Notes under the pieces: generated by a model
The model's input: the letters and a program-made list of their open reading frames with translations, nothing else
Told to the model about the DNA's origin: nothing
The model's database searches: none
DNA from: Rhodothermaceae bacterium bin80
Lineage (GTDB): Bacteria; Bacteroidota; Rhodothermia; Rhodothermales; Bin80
Reading direction: 5' to 3'
DNA: 64,000 bases
Assembly (NCBI GenBank): GCA_002238805.1
Contig: MPNB01000007.1
Location: 2,536-66,535, forward strand
Made by a program: the position numbers and the translations under genes
Part shown: positions 9,818-19,800 of the stretch, one piece after another
Layout of the letters: each line of letters begins with the position of its first letter
Numbering within the stretch: position 1 is the first letter of the stretch

Positions 9818-10582
9818 ATGCCCTCAAACACTCTCAGAACGACGTTGACCTTCAATATATGGACCTTTGGAAGAGGCGCCACTTGGATGCTTTTTTCAAT
9901 TGCATTGTTTACTTCATGTGGGATGTCAGACGAAATTCGATTATTTAATGGAGAGTCGCTTGAAGGCTGGGAGGGGCCACCTACTGTTTTCAGGGTGGAG
10001 CAGGGAGCCATTATTGGGGGCACCTTAGAAGTACCTTTAGATGAAACTGGTTATTTGTGTACGGAAGAGACCTATGACAATTTTATTTTAACGTTGTCCG
10101 CAAAATTTGTAACTCATGGTGCAAATATTAATGGAGGCATAAGCTTTAGAGCTAAACGCGTGACCAACTCCAATGAAGTAATGGGATACCAAGCTGACAT
10201 AGGATATTTGGATAGCAATGCGATCCCCATATTCTCTGATTACACACCTGCTGATACAACAGGCCTGTATCCTCTATGGGGTAGCTTGGTAGATGAAAAT
10301 CGGGATGATATCACACGATACCCGAGACCTGATATTTTTCCTGCCATAATCCTTAAGGTGGCGAAAAAAGAGCTGATTGAGGAAATTATTGACCCGTATG
10401 ATTGGAATGAGATTGCTATCAAGGCCTCTGGAATAGAAATTGAAATTAAAATCAACGGAGTTACAACGGCTGAATTTGCAGAAACCTACGATATACCTTC
10501 AAACGGTAGTATATGCTTACAAGCACACTCAGGAGGACCATATGAAATATGGTATCAAGACATTGTAATAAACCAATTATAA
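9818..10582 (+). CDS. DUF1080 (3-keto-disaccharide hydrolase-like) lipoprotein
   Basis: An internal ATG at 9818 gives a signal with lipobox (MLFSIALFTSCG). DUF1080 hallmarks follow: LFNGESLEGWEG, FRVEQGAIIGG, YDNFILT, NGGISFRA and GYQADI. The upstream 85 codons of the track ORF look non-coding. Confidence 0.8.
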   Translation: MPSNTLRTTLTFNIWTFGRGATWMLFSIALFTSCGMSDEIRLFNGESLEGWEGPPTVFRVEQGAIIGGTLEVPLDETGYLCTEETYDNFILTLSAKFVTHGANINGGISFRAKRVTNSNEVMGYQADIGYLDSNAIPIFSDYTPADTTGLYPLWGSLVDENRDDITRYPRPDIFPAIILKVAKKELIEEIIDPYDWNEIAIKASGIEIEIKINGVTTAEFAETYDIPSNGSICLQAHSGGPYEIWYQDIVINQL

Positions 10583-10833
10583 CAGAGTCGCTCGCAGTGG
10601 TGCTGGTTTTTTTCGGATGTAACAACCTCCCTGAATGCGATGATCGTGATGGGGACTGTCGAATCAAGTGAGGCATATCTAACTTTGGCTGTTGGTCGGC
10701 GTCACGATCGGGGGTGTGACTACGATGATTAAAGCCATTCGGCTTAGTTGTTCATCTTTATCACTAATAAGGATGAGAGACAAAAAGATGAAGAGCTAGA
10801 ATCCTTACAACTTTTGTAAGCACCACGGGGAAT

Positions 10834-13800
10834 ATGATCAATAAACCTAAGCAGCAGCCCATAGCCATAGTTGGCATGGCATGCCGTTTTCCCAATGCTG
10901 GAGATTTACGGTTATTCTGGGAGTTGCTTCGCACCGGTAAAAGTGGAATAACAGAGGGTACCCCAGGGTCCGGGAAGGGACGCATCGGTGAGCTATTTTC
11001 AGATCCCGTTGAAAATAAAGCATGTCGGTTTGGCGGCTATCTCTCTGATCTTGAGCTCTTCGATGCATCTTTCTTTCGCATCTCACCCGTTGAAGCTCAG
11101 TTCCTCGATCCACAACAGCGTCTAATGTTGGAGGTCTGCTGGCATGCATTAGAGGATGCTTGCATCAATCCCGAGACGCTGCAGGGAAGTCGTACGGGGG
11201 TATACGCTGGAATCAGCAATAATGAATATCGAGCCCTAGTCCTTAATTCGTCGGGTATTAATGATCCAGCTACCAGCCTGTATGCAGTAACTGGAACCTC
11301 TTTGAATACGGCTATAGGACGCGTTTCATACGCTCTTGGACTAGGAGGACCTGCTTTAGCGATGGATACAGCGTGCTCTTCATCGCTTGTTGCAGTACAT
11401 CAAGCCGTTTCTGGGCTACAGCAAGGAGAAACAGATCTCGCACTGGCTGGCGGCGTACACACGATTTTTTCAGGGCAGCTCTTGGAGTTTCGGGCAAATG
11501 CCGGTATGCTGTCACCTGATGGACGCTGTGCCACATTTGATGCGGCAGCAAATGGATACGTACGGGGAGAAGGCTGTGGAATCGTCGTCCTCAAGCGTTT
11601 TGATGATGCGTTATCTGATGGAGATCGCATCTGGGGGGTTATCCGCGGCGTAGCCCTTAATCAGGACGGAGCAAGTCCAGGCTTGACTGTGCCAAGTAGG
11701 CAAGCCCAGGAACAGGTGATTGCTGAGGCTCTGCGCAATGCAGGTATTGCACCTACGGATGTAGACTATGTAGAAGCACATGGGACGGGAACCGAGGTAG
11801 GTGATCCAATTGAAGCGCAAGCGGCTGGAACCGCATATTCGGACGGGCGCGATCATAGCAATCCTGTACTCATAGGTTCAGTCAAAACAAACATTGGTCA
11901 CTTAGAGGCAGCCGCTGGAGTAGCAGGAATCATCAAGGTGATCCTCTCCATGCAGCATGGACTCATTCCACAGCACCTCAATTTTAACACCCCAAGCCCG
12001 CGAATACCTTGGGCTCAACTTCCCCTCAAGGTAGTCTCCTCTTCTATGGGATGGCCACACCAAGGTATGCGTCCAAAACGTGCCGGGATTAGCGGCTTTG
12101 GCTGGTCTGGCACAAATGCACATCTCATTCTTGAAGAATTTTGCCCCGAAACTCAGGAAGATAAGCTGGCGAGTCCTCTTGGACGTGCAATCACTGTTGA
12201 ACCGATACTTCCGAAAGAACTACCGCTCTGCAAAGAGCAAAGCTATCTTCCGCGCACAGTGCGCCTACTTCCCTTGGCAGCCAAATCATCTACGGCTCTA
12301 AGTGCAGGTGTCGCGAATTATCTAGAGTGGATTGAGACGCTTGAAAACGATCAATCTAACGGGAATGGACTTCCATCCTCATTGCTATCTGACATGGCAT
12401 GGTCGGCTAGCGTAGGCAGAAGTCATTTTCCACACCGCTGTGGTATTGTATTTGAATCCACTGCACAGTTGTGTTCGAAATTAAAAGAATTGAGTAGCAA
12501 GTGCCCTGAGGTACAGTCCTACACATCACCAAAGGTAGCCTTTCTTTTCACAGGACAAGGCGGCCAGTGGACACACATGGGTGAAGTGCTTTATGAGCGT
12601 GAGCCTGTCTTTCGCTCTGTATTAAAGCATCTGGAAGAAGTATTTCTCGAAGAGAGGGGAGTCTCACTCCTTGATGTCATGTTTGGGCGGAGTACCCAGG
12701 ATATCAGTGCGACGCAGTGGGCTCAGCCGGCCATCTATGCGTTGGAATGTGCGCTCGTAGCACTCTGGGAGAGTTTAGGTGTCCACCCGGATGTGGTAAT
12801 AGGGCACAGCGTGGGAGAATTTGCTGCAGCTTCCAGTGCTGGGATTTTCAGCCAAGAAGCAGGGATGCGTCTCATCACGCGGCGAAGCAAAGTGCTTCAT
12901 TCGCTTTCCGGATCAGGGGTCATGGCAGCCATATTCGCGCCAAGATCAATGGTGGAAGAGAGTGTTCAGGCCTACAACATGAAGGTTCAACCTGAAGAGC
13001 TTTCCATCGCAGCCTATAATGGGGCCCATCAGGTCATTAGTGGAACACCGGAAGCGGTCAAGCAAATATTACAACAATTTGAATCCAACAATGTGCGGGT
13101 AAGTCGCCTCCGTACCTCTCACGCATTCCATAGTCCACTGGTCGAACCTGCTCTGGATGAATTAGAAAACATATTTGACGGGATAGAAATACGCCCTCCA
13201 TCCCAGACTCTGATCAGTAATGTGACGGGACAATTGGTTGCATCTGATGAACGATTAAATTCTGACTACTGGCGTAGGCATGCACGGCAGCCAGTCAACT
13301 TCGCTCAAGGTGTGCAGACGCTTTCCGGGCTGGGGGTGAATATTGCCATAGAAGTGGGCCCACACTCGGTATTGGGTCCCATGCTTCTCTTTGCGTGGCC
13401 GGATGCATCAGGAAATAACACAAAACCTCCGTCTCCTCCCGTCACACTACCAAGCGTAGTGCGCCCGTCTAATAAAGAAGGTGAATCTGATCACCACGTA
13501 GGTACTGATTTCTTACATGCCGTAGCGCGGGCATACGAATCGGGGCTTCCCATTACATTCGAAGGACTTTACGCTGGCGAGTCACGGCGTCGAATCTCAA
13601 TACCCGCGTATCAATTTGAACGTGAATATCACTGGATCTCACGCCGGCAGTCAAGACAGCGAGGTGCTGGCTCCCCCTTGCTCGGAAGCAGGCATGAATC
13701 TGCAAGTGGCGAAATTATTTTTGAATCCGAGCTTTCCCCCTCCGATCCATCATGGCTCTCCGAACATTTGGTATATGAACAAATCATCGCGCCCGGTGCA

Positions 13801-16800
13801 CTTTATGGGGCGTTAGCGGCTGCAGTCATCTCAGAAGAAAACTATGGGCAAGTAGTCATTGAAGAGATGCAGTTCTATAGTCCCATGTTATTTGCACTAC
13901 CAAAGAATGGCGAAGAACGGCTGCGAAAAGTGCAGGTATCTATTAAAAAAGAGGCCGAAGATGAACCGGCTACCCTCCGCATATACAGTACGTCTGATGA
14001 AGAGAATACATGGACGTTACATGCAGAATGTCACCTGTCACGAAATACGCAATCATTCCCATCGTCGCAGGATATCTCTCTAGATTCACTCACTGATAGC
14101 CTATCGAAGGTCGATCTGACGGACTTTTACAGCTCAAAAGCCCAGGTTGGAATTGATCTTGGATATTCCTTTCGGACACTCAATGAGCTTTACCAGGATA
14201 ATGGGGAGGCAGTTGCTGAAGTATCACTTTCACCAAGTCCCCTTCGTACTGTACTCCACCCGATGCTTTTAGATGGTTGTTTCCAGGTTATGTCCGCAGC
14301 CAGCAGCGAAGTGCGCAAAGGAATAGATACGGCCTATCTACCATTCGGTTGGAAACAGTTAATCCTCTTTACGGCTCTACCTGAACAGATTGTCTGTCAT
14401 GCGAGCCTCAGAGATACTCCAGATCATCATAGTTCAGAGAATGGCTTGGACACGACACCAGAAGTGCTCACAGGTGAACTCAAGCTCTATGATCTGAACG
14501 GAAAAATGATTGGAGAGGTACGTGGATTCGTCGCAAGGCGCGCAACACGTTCCACCATGATGTCCGCAACACAAACCAGAGCAGATCTTCTCTATGAAGT
14601 GGTCTGGCGTGAAACGGCTGCGATCACGGGAGCGCAGCCAGCGGACTTTCTTGTAACTCCAACGCTTGCCGCTGATAGATCTGAACCCTATGCCAAATAT
14701 CTAGAGGCCCTCGGTGTGGGATATGATAGCCGCCTCGGACTGCTGCACGATCTCCAAAAACTAGCCTATGCATTTGCGTTATCTACATTAAAAAAACTTG
14801 GATGGGAGCGCATACAAAACGGCTCTTGGGAAGCGGAAGCGCTGCGAGAAACCTTGGGGGTCTTACCAGCTCATCAGCGACTGTTTCGCCGAATCCTGGA
14901 GCTTCTGTCCAGTGCAGGCCTACTGGAGGAGACGGATCGTCACTTCCGTGTGTTGGTCCCGACTGGAAACCCGCTTCCGGCTATCATACCGGTTGACAAA
15001 GAGCAGTTTGCACTGGATATGCTTTCGCAGTATCCGCATGGCTCTGTTGAAATCCAGCTATTTCAGCGTTGTGCCAAGGTACTTCATCGTGTTCTCATCG
15101 GAAATGAAGATCCCTTGGAGGTCCTCTTTGGCGGCGAAGAGCCGACACCGGCAGATCTGTACTCGAAAGCCCCGGTTGCGCGTGCGGTGAACCAGGTATT
15201 GAGTGATGCAGTCAGCATTGCGATTGAAAATCTTCCAGGTGGGAGAAGGTTGCGGATCCTCGAAGTTGGCGCAGGCACAGGATCTGCAACAACTGCAGTA
15301 TTACCCTGCTTATCAGGATGTTCCTATGACTACATGTATACGGATATATCTGCAGGCTTTTTTACGGAGGCTGAAGCACTTTTCGGTGGAGAAGAAGCGT
15401 CCATGCAATACGGAATGTTGGACATCGAAAAAGATCCGCTGCAGCAAGGATTCTCTGCGCATGGTTATGATCTGCTCATTGCTTCAAATGTATTGCATGC
15501 CACGCGATACCTGGATGACACGCTGAAGCATTGCCGCATGCTGTTAGCCCCATCGGGACAGCTTTTAGCCTTGGAAAACTTTCGGCCAATGGGATGGCTG
15601 GATTTGACCTTTGGGCAGTTGGATGGTTGGTGGAGATTTGCTGATACATACCGTCCTCACCATGCATTAGCCAGTCCTGATGTTTGGGAGGAGGCTCTGC
15701 TTAATGCAGGGTTTGTAGACATTGCTGCATTCGGTCTACACCCTGAACATGAGCCAGACCGCGGTATTATCATGGCTCAGAACGCTGCAACGATCCTACC
15801 TCCTGCTGGCATGTGGGTGCTCTTGGGCGATTTCAGAGGAATGGCTGGGGAACTAGCCACCGAGTTAGTATCGAATAATCAGCAGGTAGTGCTCGCTACA
15901 GGAGAAAATATTACCTCACCAGAGTCACAAGAGAAGACCGATTCTGTTCGATACACTTATGTAGAGTCTACATCTCGAGAAGCATGGAGTGAGATGTTTT
16001 CCAACCTACCATCGGATATTCCATTGTATGGGATCGTGCATCTAGTGGCCCTTAATGGACATGGGATTGAGGCGGAAACATCAGATATAAAAGATGATGT
16101 GCAAAAGCAGGTAGCAAGTGCATTAGCACTCTCACAGGCACTGGTTGATGAAGATATTACCGTGGAAAAGGGGGTGTTCTATGTGACGAGTGGAGCACAA
16201 ATACTTGAAAAAGAGCAAGGAGGTAAACCGGCTGGAGCGGCATTGTGGGGTCTTGGCAAGGTGATCGCGCATGAGGCAGATTCTTTAAAGGCTCGACTCA
16301 TTGATCTTGAAACAAGCGATTCATCGTCACTCCCAGTGCTGATCAATGAACTGCTGTATCCAGAGGATGAAAATCATATTGCCTATCGCTATGGAAAGCG
16401 GCACACCGCACGACTCGTGCGTACGGCGAACAATACTGATCATCTGATCTTACCTCAGAAAGAGCCTTGGCGTATTCAACCGAATGAAGGAGGATCCATA
16501 GATGATCTGGCCATTGAATTGTTCTCACGTTCGCCATTGGATGGGAGACAGGTACGCGTAGCAATTGAGACAGTGGGACTGAATTTTTGGGACCTGTTCC
16601 GCACCATTGATGTGGTCCAAGAAGGTCTCCTTGGTGGCGAAATGTGCGGAAAAGTCGTGGAAATAGGACCTGATGTATCAGAGGTTTCTGTGGGTGATGA
16701 TGTGGTTGGCCTTGCCTTTGGCACATTTGCCTCAGAGGTGATCACGCACGAAGCCATGCTTGCCCCAGCGCCGCGTGGCATCTCTAAAACAGCTGCCGCA

Positions 16801-19800
16801 ACGATTCCTACCACCTTCGCTTCAGCGGAGTTATCCTATCAATTAAGTGGAATCGCTCCCGGAGAGAAAGTGCTTGTTCATGCAGGTGCCGGTGGAACCG
16901 GGATGGCCGCGGTATATCTTGCACAGGATGCAGGTGCCGAAGTGTTTGCAACTTGCAGCCCGCCGAAGCAAGCATTTCTTCGCTCCATCGGGGTGGAGCA
17001 TGTACTTAATAGCCGTACGATTGAATTCGGCGCAGACATTCTAGATATCACAAATGGCTGTGGTGTAGATGTGATCGTGAACAGCCTGACCAGCCCTGGA
17101 TTCATTGAGGCGAGTCTGTCATGCCTGACTCATGGCGGGCGTTTTGTTGAACTGGGAAGAGCAGATATCTTGACAGAAGAGGAGATGGCCGAGCTTCGGC
17201 CAGATGTGCAGTACTCCATCCTTATGCTGGATGTTCTGAAAGAAAGCGCTCCAGAGAAAGTTGGTCATGCGTTGAAATCAGTGATCCGACGATTCGAAAC
17301 AGGCAAGTTGAATCCACTTGTGCACACACAGTGGCCTATCGCAAGTGTGGGACAGGCTATGCTGCATATGCGGAATGCCCGCCATATCGGAAAAATTGTG
17401 CTCGCAATGCCTCCTCTGCAAAGCGGTAGGTTGCGAGCAGATCGTACATATCTCATCACCGGAGGGCTAGGCGGAATCGGATCAGCTCTCGCTCCCTTCC
17501 TGATCGAGCGTGGCGCAGGGACGATTGTCCTGAATGGTAGGCGTGATCCAGATCCTGACGTCAGCGAGATGATTCGTGAGCTTCAAGGCAAGGGACACGC
17601 TGTGCATGTGGAACTTGCCGATGTGACTGACAGTGCTGCATTTGAGGATATGCTGATGCGCATGGAGCGGGATTTACCTCCCCTTGGCGGAGTGATTCAT
17701 AGTGTGGGGGTATTATCAGATGCATCGCTCACAAATATGAGTTGGGAACAGTGCGAGTATGTCCTATGGCCCAAAGTGCTCGGAGCATGGAATTTACACA
17801 GGCTGACCATGCAGTATGACTTGGACATGTTTGTATTGTTTTCCAGTGCCGCGGGTGTAATCGGTAACCGGGGACAAGCCAATCATGCCGCTGCAAACGC
17901 ATTCTTGGATCAACTTGCACTTATGCGTCGCACCATGGGACTCCCGGGGCAAGCTATTGCGTGGGGAGCATGGTCTGGAATTGGGGAAGCAGAAGAACAT
18001 CGGGAACGGATTGAGAAGAGCTTGGCTGCGCGCGGTGTAAATTGGATTACCCCCGAGATGGGCTTTGAAGCGCTTGATACGCTGCTTAGGCAGGACTTAT
18101 GTACGTCGGTTGTGACCTCTGTAGACTGGTCAGTTTTCGGCGAGTCAATGCCTGTACAAACCCCTTTGCTGGCGGAACTGTTTGAGAGTATCTCGCAGCC
18201 CGAGCAAGAAGAACCAGTCCTTGCTGGCAACTTTATTACACGTTTGCGCGAATTGCCTGATTCGGGACGGGAAGCCCACGCAATCTCTTTCCTGCAACAA
18301 GAGATACAAGCGGTGCTTCGCCTTCCGAAGGCACCTGAGTCGGAGACGGGATTTTTTGACTTAGGGATGGATTCCTTGATGGCGGTGGAAGCACGCACCC
18401 GCCTCAATCGTGCCTTCGCCGGGGAATATGTTGCATCAAACACCATCATATTTGATTATCCCAACATCACCAGTCTTGCACGCCACTTGGTGGATGAACT
18501 ATGTGATGTAGAGACTGCTCCCCTCCCCGAGGTACTGTCCTATGAAGTACACTCGGATTCAATCGCAATCGTAGGCATGGCGTGTCGTTTTCCAGGTGCT
18601 CCAAATCTGGAAAGTTTCTGGCAATTGCTTGAGGAAGGTGGAAATGCAGTATCGGACTCTCGTCCGCCAGATCGAGATTGGCATGGAATGACTGGAGATC
18701 CGGCAGCCGATCGGGATATATTTCGGAAAGGAGGATTTGTTGAGGGAATTGAGAAGTTTGATGCAGAGTTCTTTGATATTCGCCCGATTGAAGCCCGATC
18801 CATGGATCCATGCCAGAGAATGGTGCTCGAAACTGCATGGCATGCACTTGAAGAAGCTGGAATCAATCCGCAGACATTAAAGGGCAGCCCCACGGGGGTC
18901 TATATCGGAACTGGCAACAGTGAGTATCGTGAGGTTATGAGGATACGGGGGCGCACTGACGGGGTGATCGGAACGATGCAAAGTATTATCCCCAGTCGGC
19001 TTTCTTTTTTTCTGGGGCTCACGGGGCCTGCCGTGTCCGTTGATATGACCTGTGCATCCTCATTAGTCGCCATTGACCAGGCAAACTCTGCGCTCATTCA
19101 CGGAAAAATAAATTTAGCTCTTGTGGGTGGCGTAAAGGCAAACCTATCTAATCCAGTGACGCAGTTCATGCAGGAATTGGGGATGCTTTCGGAGGACGGC
19201 TGTTGTCGAACCTTTGATAGCGAAGCAGATGGTTTTGTGCGCGGAGAAGGGTGTGGCATGATGATCCTGAAGCGACTCAGCGACGCCCGGGAAAGTGGGG
19301 ATCGTATATGGGGCATCATCAAGGGAGCATCTGTTAACCAGAGTGGAGCTAGCGCGGCACTCACGGTACCCAACGGAAGCGCACAGGAAGAAGTGATTCG
19401 CAATGCGCTCTCACAGGCGGGATTTGCCGCCTCCGAGGTAGATTATCTTGAAGCACATGGAAGTGGATCTCAACTAGGTGATCCAGTTGAAGTGCGCGCT
19501 GCCTCCGCCGTATACGGAGAGGAAAGACCGACGGATCGGCCACTTCTACTTGGAACGGTCAAAACAAATATCGGCCATTTAGAATGTGCATCTGGAATCG
19601 CTGGAGTGATCAAGGTGATCTTAGCGATGCATCACCATGTCATCCCACGCCACCTTCACTTCAACAATCCGAGTTCATTCATAGATTGGGATGCATTGCC
19701 CGTTCGCGTGGTGGCTAAGAAGTTGGACTGGCCCATTGCCACGGATCGTCCACCCAGGGCGGCCGTGAGTGGTTTCGCAATCACAGGCACGAATGCACAT

